Of a DNA stretch of 20,000 bases, positions 1-10,219 are shown in pieces. The notes beneath the pieces were generated by a model. It was not told the DNA's origin. It made no database searches and saw only the letters and a program-made list of their open reading frames with translations. Position 1 is the first letter of the stretch. Every line of letters starts with the position of its first letter. Origin of the DNA: Peribolospora baueri. Taxonomy: Eukaryota. Location: contig JAMDHS010000098.1 of the NCBI GenBank assembly GCA_029717555.1, positions 52,891 through 72,890 on the forward strand. The letters run 5' to 3'. The position numbers were made by a program, and so were the translations under genes.

Positions 1-1
1 G

Positions 2-3000
2 AGGTCCCACGGTCGTTCCCCGCTCGCTCCGACCACCCGGTCTTCCCAGCTCGCAACGTCTACCACCGCCCAAACCTCCGCCGGCGGGAGCGTCCCGTTC
101 CCGTTCGGCCCACAGGAGGAGGATGGTCAGGCTCAGCGCGTTTCCGATCCACCCTCTGTCTCCCCACTCGCTCGACGCTTTCAGTACGCCCCTCTGTCCG
201 GCCAGTCCACCGCCGGCGCGAGCCCCAGTCCCGCCACTACGACGACGACGACGACGACGACGACCGCAGCGGCCGAGCCGGCGTTTTCGGCTATACCGCA
301 GCGCTGGAGCCCCTGGTTGCGCAACAAATCCCCCGCCCACACCCACACCCACCACGTCGCGCGGTCGGCCGCGAACGGTTCGCCCAAGTTGGACACCCGT
401 CTCGCCGTCGGCAGCAACACGGCCACCTCTTCGCCCTCCGCGTGGGAGCGCCAGCTCGAGTGGGGCGGCGCCGGCGCCGGCGCCAGCAGGGACGGTGGAG
501 GTGGTCATTGGCGCCGTCCGAGCTCGGTATCGGTGGCGTCCCAGCACGCCCGCGACCCACGCGGCTTGGCTTTGACTCACTCCCGACGCACCTCTTTCGT
601 CTCGAGCTCTGGACACAGCGTCGTCTCTCGTGGCCGCAGTCGGCACCTGTCCGGCGCGCCCAGTGTCGAGCTCGACTCGGACGTGGCGCACTACGATCGC
701 ATGCGCACGCCCAGCTTGCGTGGCGTCAGCAGGTCCGCCGATCCAGGTAGCGGCAGCGAGGCCGGCTTCAGGAGCAGGCGAAGCAGCGTTTACAGCGTCG
801 TCAGCCCCGTCTTATCGCCGCCACCGCCAGAGTCCGACGCGCACCCGAGCCGCCATTCTTTCAGCCGCCCGTCCAGTCGGGCTAGCAGCCGAGGAGGCCT
901 GTCCGGCCCCGGCGTGGGCGTGGGCCTTGCACGACGCCAATCCAGCGGCCTCGTGAGTATGCAGGAGGGCGCGGGCGGAGAGGAAGCCACCGCTGCCGCC
1001 GCCGCGGCGGCGGTTGCGACGGTGACGGAGGCGTTGAGGGCGTCGTCGTTGCTGCTCGCCTCGCCTCTTTCGGCAAGCGCCGCGCCGTCGGACGGACGAA
1101 GCCCGGGCCCGGTGGGCCGACTGGCTGTCGAGCCGGGCGAGGCGCCGCTCCCAGAGGAGGAGGATGTGTTGTTGGTGGATCCGGACGTGCTCTCGGACGT
1201 CGACGGACCGCTCTTTCCCCCTTTCGAGACGTTCTCCGATGCCGACGGCGAGGGAGAGGGCGAGGGCGAGCACGAGCCCGAGATGCTTTTCACCGCCGCC
1301 CACCCTTCCGCCGAGGGCGCCGCCGTACACATCTTCTCCCCCGGCGACCGCATCGGCCCGGGCGTGCGCATGGCCGACGGACACGTGATCCGCGTCGCAT
1401 CCACGAGCGGCGAGTTTGAGGGCGAGATGGACAAGACCGGTATCTGGTCCGGCGACGGCTGTGGCGGTGGAGGTCAGCTGGAGGTGGTGAGGATGCTAGG
1501 TGAGGGAAGCTATGCTGTCGTTTACCTCGTCAGGGAGGTTGACGAGGAGGAAGAGGACGAGGACGAAAGTCGAACCGGGTCCGCGTCGGACGGGGAAGAC
1601 GCATTGCACGCGCTCGGTATCCCCGTGCCCGTCACTCCGCGTGGACGTGGATCCGCGAAGCGGCCATCCTTGGCCACAGGTCCGTTCGCCAGCGCCAAGT
1701 CCCCCGAAGGCTCGGCCGATGTGGAGGAGCCTTGGGAGGAGGAGCAGACGCTCCGAAGTCGCGGTGGTGCCGGGCCCTTGGCCTCCGTCCGGTGCCGGTC
1801 CACGTCCACGTCCTCGTCCGCCGAGTCGGCTCGACCGGCGCGCGAGTTTGCGCTCAAGTGCCTGTCGAAGAGCGACCTGAGCGAGGACATGTTGGAAGTC
1901 CAGAGGCTCGAAGCCACCATCCACCAATCTCTGCCCTTCCACCCGAACATTGTTACGCTTCACCGCGTCTACGAGACGCCCGAATGGCTCTTCCTCGTCC
2001 TCGAGTACTGTCCCGGTCAGGACTTGTATTATTGGCTCGAGCAGGCTCGCGACTCGGCCGTTTCTGACCTCTTGGATAATTTTGCTGGGACGTCGCTCAA
2101 CGAGGAAACCGATGACGACGACAACAACAACAACAGCAACAAGAACTACAACAACAACAACAACGACGACGACGACGGGGAACGGGCGCGGACAGAGAGA
2201 GAGGACATGGATGCCACGCCACCGTCGCCATCTTTGCTCGCCTCGACAGCCGGCGCGACGTTGCTTTCCCGTCGCCGACTCCGACTGATCGGACGCATGT
2301 TCTGCCAGATGTGCGACGCCGTTCAGTTCTGTCATGATCACGGTATTAGCCATCGGGATATTAAGCCGGAGAACTTTATTGTCGAGGATCGAAGGGGCGG
2401 CAGCGTCGACGGAAGCGGAATCGGACGAGAGCGAGAGCGAGAGCGAGAGGAGGAAGGCGTCGTCGTCAAGCTCACCGACTTTGGCCTCGCTACTGCTCAG
2501 ACGAACTGCGAGGATTTTGATTGTGGAAGCAAGCCTTACATGGCCTATGGTGCGTCGTCGTCTTTTTTATTTTATTTTTTTTATTATTTCAGTCTTTGTC
2601 CACCGAACTGACGTTGTTCCCATCGTCCCCGTCTCCAGAGTGTCGGAACAACCTCCACCCTTCTTACGACCCTCGTCAAGCCGACGTCTGGTCGCTCGGC
2701 ATTGTCCTCCTCAACCTCTTGTATCACCGCTGTCCCTTCTCCGACCCTTGTCCCGGTGACGATCCCTCCTTCGACTCGTTCCGCGCCGACCCGGTGAAGT
2801 ACCTCGTCGAGTGCTTCGAAGGCCTGCCCGAGGGAGCGGCCAATTTCCTGGCCCGCAATGTCTTTTGCGAGGTCGAGCCGGGTAAGATGACGCGTAGGGT
2901 GTCGGCCAAGGAGTTTGGCGAGTGGGCCAGCGACCTCGCTTGCCGCATGGGCCTCAACCCGGGCGCGAGGACGAAGAGGGTGAGCAAGGGCTCTTGGAAC

Positions 3001-3840
3001 TCGGCGACCGTGCCGCTAGTCCACTCCCGCGCCTCCTCTGTCTCTCGTCTCTCCTCCTTCGCCGGCTCGCCCAAAGTCCGCAACCGGGCGGCCCTTGTCG
3101 AGGAGCTCGAAGGTGACCATCATCTCCACCACCACCACCTCCCTCCGTCGCCTTCTCCCGGCCACGCGACGACGGTCTCGTTGAACGCTCGCACCTCTCT
3201 CATACACGCCCGAGCCGCCACGCTCATCGAACCGCCCACGCCCGAGTCGCTACCGTCTCCCAATTTTTCTCCGCCAATGCGCACCTCCGCCGCCTTTGCG
3301 CTGCCGGTGGGCAGCGTGACGCCGAACATCCACGTCGACACGTCGGTGTCGCCCCCTCCACCTCCACCACGGTCGTCTGCGCCTCCCAGCCCGTCACAGC
3401 GGTCGTCGAGCCACCTGATCGTGACGCCGGTCTCGGGCGGATCGTCCGAATCGCCCGTCTCGCCCGCCGTGTCCACGGCGTCGCACTCAAAACGGCGCAA
3501 GCGAGGCGCGAGGAAGAACAAGGCGGCGCGCGAGCAAGCCCTGCGAGAAAAGGAGGCTGCCGCGGAGAGCCGGCGCAGCTCTGGCGACGCTCGGTCGTCG
3601 ACGAGCGAGGCGCCCGAGATGGCCGTCCTCGAAACGGGCGCCGCGGGCGTCATGGAGAGTCGGGAACCGTCGCCGCCACCGCTACCGCCGCCACCGTCGT
3701 CGTTGGCCGTCGGTGTTCTCGGGGGCGGCAGCCGTTTCCACGACGCGCTCCTCGCCGAGCCCGCGGCTGCCTCGCAGTCTCTGGCGCGGGAGATTAGCAA
3801 GAAGAAGAAGGAGCTGGCTGGCGCGATTCGCGGGTCGTAG
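2..3840 (+). CDS. Ser/Thr protein kinase, RAN/Ran1(Pat1)-Sks1/Ksp1-like family; 5'-partial, 2 exons visible (<2-2549, 2639-3840)
   Basis: The frame of ORF 317..2611 is open back to base 2, so the start lies outside the window. Kinase motifs: GEGSYAVVY, FALK, HPNIVTLH, LFLVLEYC, HRDIKPEN, KLTDFG. Intron 2550-2638 (GTGCGT...CTGAC...CAG, 89 nt) joins CGSKPYMAY to ECRNN...DVWSLGIVLLNL. Stop TAG at 3838-3840. The family assignment rests on recalled motif similarity. Confidence 0.9.
2111..2177 (+). repeat. Coding (AAC)n/(GAC)n repeat giving a poly-Asn/Asp insert inside the kinase domain
   Basis: DDDDNNNNSNKNYNNNNNDDDD. Confidence 0.9.
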
Positions 3841-4139
3841 GCGCCGCCTCCTTCCTCTCTTGTCCGTGTACCTCCACCCTCCCCTCTCCGTTCGTTCGTC
3901 TGTCCTTCTTCCACCATTCTATTCATCCACGCCCAACCAGGCCTTATGTACGTGCATGTAAGGTTAATTCCTCCCTCCATTCATCCAACCATCCAACGTC
4001 GCCGCCCGTCAAGGCAGGCAAGGCCCAGCGCAACGAACGAGTGAGAGTGGGCCACGAGCGAGCGAAGAAGTCCTGTCGCATTCCGTTTCCATTCCGTTTG
4101 GACCGTTCCGTAGTAGGATTTGTACGAGAAACAACAACA

Positions 4140-4410
4140 ACAGGACGAGACGAGACGAAAAGGCACGAGTGAGCGAGCGGGGCAAGGTTGCTTGCTATGT
4201 TAGTAGCACCCTTTGCTTGGCTTTGCTTGGCTTTGAATCTGTTTTGTCTCGTCTCGGTCGGGTCGGGTCGTACGGACGAAACGAAACGAAACGAAACGTC
4301 CCCCCCAAAAAAGAATCGGCTAGGGCGATGGCGATGGCGGGGCGTCGGTCGCCGCGATGGACGGGGTGGAGTCGGCTTGGTTAACGAACGAACGAACGAA
4401 CGAACGTCTC
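4140..4410. repeat. Cluster of short penta-/tetranucleotide tandem repeats (GACGA, GCTTG/GCTTT, GGTCG, AAACG, AACG)
   Basis: Examples: gacgagacgagacga, acgaaacgaaacgaaacgaaacg, aacgaacgaacgaacgaacgaacg. Confidence 0.85.
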
Positions 4411-5696
4411 CATTCGAGCGGCCGCACCATGCCACCGGCCGTTCGAGACGGAGGAGAGGAAAAGTGATTTTTTCCTTGTCTTTCGGTCCATCTGCAATTG
4501 CATATCCTCATCCATCCATCGAAGCCTTGCAAAGCCAAGCCAAGCCAAGCGTTGTCCTCGCGCGAGGCGGGGCAGGGCTCTTGGCGCTCGCTCGCCCGCG
4601 CACGTTTGTCGTCGTCTGTCTGTCTGTCGGTCGGTCGGGTGTCCATGCCCATGGATGAGGAGGTGAGAGGCGGCGGACGGAGCACTGTAGGACACGACAC
4701 CACAACGACACGATACGACACGAAACGATACGGCTTGGCTCGGGTCGCCTAGCAAGGATAGGTAAGAGGAGAGAGCCGGGTCGACCGGACGGCCCGACGA
4801 CACAGGGACGACAACGACAACGACGACGGCGACGGGTTCTATGGCGAGTCGCGGCCGCGTGCAGTCTCTGGCACATGCCTCACACCCGCGGTGATGGAAG
4901 TGGAAGAAGAAGAAGAAGAAGGACGCGGGCGAGGTGCCGAGATAGATAGCGGGCAGCGGCCTGCCAAGCCTCCTCGTCCCGTCCAAGTCAAGCTCAGAGC
5001 CCGCTCGGCCGGCCAGTTGTGCCTCCGTCGAGGTTCGCGGCCCCCAACTCGTCTCGAGCATGTTCCAGCCCGCCTTGCCCCCCTTTTCCCTCGGTCCGAT
5101 ACCTGACTGACAGATGGACTGACTGAGGGGCGGACAGACTGACTGACTGACCTGACCGACTAGTTCCGCCCGAACCGGGCGGTGACCGACGCGGCTGCTC
5201 TCTCTACGCGACGGAAACGAACGACGGCTGGCTTAAAGCATCGTCGTCGTCATCGCCTTGGTCGGGAAGTCGCGTGCGCCAACAGACAGACAGACAGGAA
5301 GGCAGGCAACTGCTCACTAGCTAGCCAGCTTGTCGTCATCGTCGTCGTCGTCGTCGTCGTCCGACCGAGACCGACCGCCAGGGCTGATCTGATCTGGATC
5401 GGTGACCCGCTTCGCAATTAATTTCAAGCGCGTCCGCCCCGTAGATGGAGCGAAGCACGTGCTGCTGCTGCGGCGACCAGGCCGGCTGGACCCGCCTCGA
5501 CGCGCGTCTGCCCCTTCCCCTTTCCTTCGTCTTTCCCGACCATGACCAGCGAGCAACTCGATTCGACTCGACTCGACGCAGCCCAACTTGACTTGACCCG
5601 GCGCGGCTCGGCGCGGTGCGGCTCCATGGTGAGCGGCAAGGGCGACGAGGTGCGGACGCTCGGCTGCGAAAGACGGATGGAGGGACAGAGAGAAGG

Positions 5697-5766
5697 AAAG
5701 ACGGACAGACGGAGACAGACAGGCCGACGGACAGACAGACAGACAGATAGACAGACAGATAGACAA
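5697..5766. repeat. (CAGA)n-type degenerate tetranucleotide repeat
   Basis: acagacagacagacagatagacagacagatagac. Confidence 0.85.
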
Positions 5767-6854
5767 ACGCAGCCAACCAGCCAACAAACATGCCCACGCG
5801 TCCTCCAACTGGCTACTCGATGCGAAGAGGCCGACGCCAGCCGGCGCAGCAACGACGCCAACGCCCACTGACGACCGCTGAAAGAGTCCGGCCCTGCTCG
5901 GCGGCCCGGCGGAGCGACGGGAAGGGAGGGGGCGATCGGTGGCACAGACGTCGGCGGCCTTGTACGACCTTACATGCTTGCGCCGGACGAAATAATCCTC
6001 CTCCTCCTCGAGCCAGTCCAGTCGCGGCAGACGAGCATAGCGTTCGGGACCCGTACATACATTCGTGCTCACTCCTTCCCTTCTTTCCACCCCTCCGCGC
6101 CTCTGCGACCAGGCCACAGACCACTTGGGCCGCGCAGGACAAAGTCTCGGACACGGACTCGTACACGGACGCGGGCGCGGACGCGGACGAGGGGCGACCG
6201 ACGGACGTCCAAGTGATATACCTCGTCCCTCCGCCCGCCGTCTTCTGGATGTTCGCCTATCCTCTCCCTTCCTTCCCACCTCCCTCCCTTCCTCCACGCC
6301 ATTCCAGCCCGCCTGTTGCCGCTCGCTGCCCCGACGGCTCCACCCTCCTTCCTTCCAGCCTTCCTTCCGTCCTTCCTCGTCCCTGACTGGCCCGCGACGT
6401 CGTCTTCTGCTGCTGGCCTCCCCCCTCTCCCTAACCCCATCCCCAACGCATCCCATCGTCTCGCCCCTCCTATCGTGGCAGGCACACCAGATTACTCGCA
6501 CCCGGACGTTCGATCACCACGCACCTCGCGCGTAGTCCGCGCCTGCTGGCCTGTACTTCGACGAACCGCCTCCCCCGGCTATCGGCTCCTTGGCTTGCTT
6601 TCCTTGGCTTACTCTCCCAGCTGCCCACCCGCCTGCCAGCCCCTTCTCTTCGCCTGCTCACCCCCCGCACGAAGGAACGCACGAAGGGGACCGACGCTCG
6701 GCGCGACCAGGAGACGCACGCTGTCACAAGCGGCCTGCGTATTGACCGCCGTCTCCATCCTGCCCTGCTGACCCGTCGTCGTACATAACAGACGCGAGAG
6801 GCCGACGGCGTCGACGACAGCCAGCACCGACCAGCCCGGCTTGCATCCTACGAG

Positions 6855-6899
6855 ACGGACGAACGGAAGGACGGACGGACGGACGGACGGACGAACGAC
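6855..6899. repeat. (GGAC)n tetranucleotide repeat
   Basis: ggacggacggacggacggacggacgaacg. Confidence 0.85.
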
Positions 6900-7437
6900 G
6901 GTCACTCATCTGCTCTAGGCTCTATTCGCGCTTCATCAAGACTCTACCTTGCTGCTGCTTCTGCGCCACACGCCTCGCCTCAGAGGAGCCCCAACGGATC
7001 GAATTCATTGTCCGTCCAGCCTCGACTCCAGCTGACGACTCCTTCCGTCCTACAGGTGAGACATAAAGGTTCGCAGTTCGAGCCACCGCCCCTCGATCGA
7101 ACCCTCTCCCTATCTTACTCCTCGCCCCAAGCAAACCGTCTCTCACTCTCGTCTTCTTGCCCCTCCCCCCACTCACCCTCCTTCTTCCCCTCCCGGTCCA
7201 CAGTCTCTCCTTCAACCCCACCCTCCTTTTAATCCCTCCAGCAATCGCCCTCGCCTTCTTCCCTCGTTCTTTCTTCTTCGCTTTCCATCCCCTCCCTCCT
7301 CATCTAATCAGCGGGCTCCGCTTCGTCGTCGAGCCGCTCTCCCAACATTCTCATCGCCACCTTCCACGACCTTCCAAGCAGTCGTCTTTTCAACCCCGGT
7401 CTCGTCGTCTGCTCTCTTCCAAGTCGCCGCTCATTTG

Positions 7438-7438
<1 letters not shown>

Positions 7439-7478
<40 letters not shown>
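7439..7478 (+). repeat. (CT)n dinucleotide microsatellite about 70 nt upstream of the BTG-domain ATG
   Basis: About 19 uninterrupted TC units are visible in the sequence. Confidence 0.95.
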
Positions 7479-7481
<3 letters not shown>

Positions 7482-7546
7482 TTCCCCCTCTCCCCCGCCG
7501 CCCCGTTCAATCGCTTACCACCTCCAAAGCGACCTGACCTCGCGAG

Positions 7547-10219
7547 ATGCACGAAGAGATCGCCTTCGCTGCGACGTGGCTCGCCGAGCACCTCTCTGTA
7601 TGCTCACATGCCTCCTCCGCCTTCGTCTCCAGCCTCGTACCCCTCCTCACCGCTCGTTTCGCCTCTAGCTGGGCTCCCGCTGATCCCGAGTTAGGCAGCG
7701 CCTATCGAGCCATCACCAGTTGGGCCGGCGTCCGATACAAGCACACTCCCGACCGCGACGGCGGCTTCGACGACCGTGCCGTGAGAGAGGCTTGTCGTGT
7801 CGCTGCTTTGGCCGAGAATGGAGAGGCCAAGGAGACCGACGAGGGCAGCGGAGGTCGGCCCGTGACGGGATTGGAGCTCGAGCGTCGTCTGCCTCGTTGC
7901 ACCCTCTGGGTCGATCCCGGTTGTGTCGCAGTAAGGCTCGAGCCTGCCCCCACACAAACCTTCCAGCCCGGTGCCACCTTCACGCCTCCCGCACCAATCA
8001 CATGTCTGTGGGGCCATTTGCCCCCTCGAGTCACCGCGGACGGCCACACCAGACTGCTCGATTTGCTTTCCGGCAACACCGAGCCGTCGACGTCTTCCCC
8101 TGGTTCGGTTTCACGTCGTTCCAGGACGCAACCCGACGGTTGGGCCACCACCACCCACGCCCCGAGGGCCGTACCCATCATCGATCCTTCCAGCTTGGAC
8201 AGGGACGACTCGCCGCTCACGCGCCACGCTGGACACGTCCCGGCATCATCCACTTGCGGCATGATCACGTCTGCGAGGAACAACGCCGTCGTCGGACCTC
8301 AGCCGCCTCCGCTTCCCATGTCGCCTCCCACCTTCGTCAACGCCTCGCTCGTGCCTCAGCCGCGTCACGTCAGCCAGGGCTCTGTCTCTTCCCTTCTCTC
8401 CGATGCGGGTAGCGAGTGCCCCTCTCTCGTTGGCGGTCGTCACCCGGCTCGCCAAAACGGCGCCCTCGTCATCGCTCACAGTCCCGGCTCGAGTAGCGTG
8501 AGCGGACTGAGCTTGACGACCAGCAGCGGTAGCGGAAGCGACGAGGACGAGCTTTCCAGTGGAAGCGTCGGGGAACGCAGCCCTGTGGCCGTCGATCATG
8601 CTGGCGCCCCCTTTGCCGTTAATTTGCGGAGCCCCAGCGTGCCCAACCTACCTCTGCCCGTCTTGGACGATGCTGAGATCGCGGACCGCAAGCACGGTCG
8701 ATTGACTCCTCAGCAGCAGCAGCAGCAGCAGCAGCAGGACGACGTTGATCGCGCCTTGATGCCGCCTCCTCCCGTGCCTTCTCACCACCGCAACAGCAGC
8801 TCCTACGTGGCCGGCGACCGAGGTGGGGACATGTCCCGCGCGCCCTCGCGTCAGCGTAGCGACTCGGCCGCATCTATCTCGACGGGGTCGCCGCTAGTGG
8901 CGTCGGAAGCCAAATCACGCGGGGCAGGCATGCCTTTGGTCGTTGGCAAAGGCAATTATACCACGCATGACGGTGGCAACGTTGGCGTTCTTGGCGGTGG
9001 CGTTCTTCTGGGTCGTGCGGCCAACAGCGGCAATGGATCGACGTCCTCCGGCCCCGGCAAGCACCGTCGTCCTAACGATTCCGCGAGCCACATGGAGGCC
9101 AAGGTAAAAAGCCGCCACAGTCGGGCGAGTTCCCTGGCGAGTAACACCAGCTTCGTCACCGCCAACAGTTCAACACCGTCCATTTCTCCGAACTGTCCGA
9201 CCGAGTCCGAGTTCACCCGGTCTGACTCTACGTCCACCCTCATGCCGCACGGCCGTCGCGGCGCCGAGGAGGTGGAGGACGCTCCGGAGGACGAGTCGGA
9301 CTTGTCGCCCGGGATGAACAACGCTGGCACCGACGCGCTGGACCAGGAGGGCGTCCCTCGTCGTCGCGGTCGTGCTCGCGGCCGTCGTTCTCGCGGTCGA
9401 GGAGCTGGACGGGCTGCAAGGCGCGAGGCCGCGGCCAAGGAGGCGCAGCTGGCCGTCGCACAGCTTCGGCACGAGCAGAACGGCCTCGGCGTCAGCTTCG
9501 GCGCCCAGCCTTATTCGGCCGTGACGACCATGAGCTTCGGCGCCGGTATGCCTCGCTCCGGCCGGGCCGCTCCTCCGCCCGAGCTGAACCTGTCCAAGGC
9601 TTCGTCGCCCCCGTTGGGCTTCTCGCACGGCGTACCCACTCCCGGCAGCGCGACCAGCTTTGCTTCGTCCGCCTCCGGTCCCTCCGTCGGCTCTCTACCG
9701 GTCACGCCCGCCACGCCTTCGTTCGAGCTGCCGGCGCACCATCCCTACCATCCGGTCAGCTTCCCTGACCCTCTCATGGGTCGTCGTCCCTTCTCCTCCC
9801 AGGGACCCCAAGGCGCTCTCGGCCAACGACAGTGGCAGGGTTGCATGGGCGCCGAGATGGCTTACCCTTCGGCGCCCTCCGGCATCGAGTACCTCCCCTC
9901 GCCCTCTGGCAGCGACCAGCCGATCCTCGTTGGCGGAGAGAGGCGCTTCCCTTCTCTCCTGCCATCCTCTCACAAGACACATGACGTCTACCGCCCCGTC
10001 GACATTCCCGTCTCCCTCCCGCCTCACCTCTCTCTGCAGGGACAGGCGCACGTTGGTGGTGGTGGTGTCCCCACCACCGGTTCGGGCGCCACCACACCTA
10101 GGTGCTACTCTTCCCTTGGCGTCAAGGGAGGTGCTTCCGGCAGGCTTTCGGCCTTTGGCGCCGTCGTGGGCATGGAGGGCGAGAAGACGCCGAGGCAGAG
10201 CAGCCTTGCCGCGTTTTGA
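7547..10219 (+). CDS. BTG/Tob (antiproliferative, APRO) domain protein, 890 aa, single exon; long disordered S/P/G-rich C-terminus
   Basis: N-terminal ~131 aa match the BTG/Tob pattern: MHEEIAFAA.WL, RFASSWAPADPELGSAYRAI (cf. HWyPekPskGSGYRCI, box A) and LPRCTLWVDPGCVAVR (cf. LPxELTLWVDPxEVsyR, box B). The ORF is uninterrupted from ATG to TGA and is preceded by a (CT)n tract. Confidence 0.85.
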   Translation: MHEEIAFAATWLAEHLSVCSHASSAFVSSLVPLLTARFASSWAPADPELGSAYRAITSWAGVRYKHTPDRDGGFDDRAVREACRVAALAENGEAKETDEGSGGRPVTGLELERRLPRCTLWVDPGCVAVRLEPAPTQTFQPGATFTPPAPITCLWGHLPPRVTADGHTRLLDLLSGNTEPSTSSPGSVSRRSRTQPDGWATTTHAPRAVPIIDPSSLDRDDSPLTRHAGHVPASSTCGMITSARNNAVVGPQPPPLPMSPPTFVNASLVPQPRHVSQGSVSSLLSDAGSECPSLVGGRHPARQNGALVIAHSPGSSSVSGLSLTTSSGSGSDEDELSSGSVGERSPVAVDHAGAPFAVNLRSPSVPNLPLPVLDDAEIADRKHGRLTPQQQQQQQQQDDVDRALMPPPPVPSHHRNSSSYVAGDRGGDMSRAPSRQRSDSAASISTGSPLVASEAKSRGAGMPLVVGKGNYTTHDGGNVGVLGGGVLLGRAANSGNGSTSSGPGKHRRPNDSASHMEAKVKSRHSRASSLASNTSFVTANSSTPSISPNCPTESEFTRSDSTSTLMPHGRRGAEEVEDAPEDESDLSPGMNNAGTDALDQEGVPRRRGRARGRRSRGRGAGRAARREAAAKEAQLAVAQLRHEQNGLGVSFGAQPYSAVTTMSFGAGMPRSGRAAPPPELNLSKASSPPLGFSHGVPTPGSATSFASSASGPSVGSLPVTPATPSFELPAHHPYHPVSFPDPLMGRRPFSSQGPQGALGQRQWQGCMGAEMAYPSAPSGIEYLPSPSGSDQPILVGGERRFPSLLPSSHKTHDVYRPVDIPVSLPPHLSLQGQAHVGGGGVPTTGSGATTPRCYSSLGVKGGASGRLSAFGAVVGMEGEKTPRQSSLAAF
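8711..8737 (+). repeat. Coding (CAG)9 polyglutamine tract in the BTG-domain protein
   Basis: Nine perfect CAG codons. Confidence 0.9.

Noticed and set aside
123..575. 150-aa ATG ORF with poly-Arg as the kinase start or a separate gene
   Set aside because: It is an out-of-frame shadow of the kinase frame, which is open from base 2 and reads the ACG repeat as poly-Thr.
4213..4550. GCTTGGCTTTGC and GCAAAGCCAAGC inverted match as MITE terminal repeats
   Set aside because: Only about 12 bp, both inside simple pentamer repeats, with no target-site duplication seen.
5317..6501. 394-aa minus-strand ORF and other long ORFs in the intergenic region
   Set aside because: They are translations of microsatellites and GC-rich DNA with no recognisable domain.
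7955..7992. FQPGATFTP just after the BTG domain as a Tob-like PAM2 motif
   Set aside because: The spacing is one residue short of the LxxxAxxFxP consensus, too weak to call.
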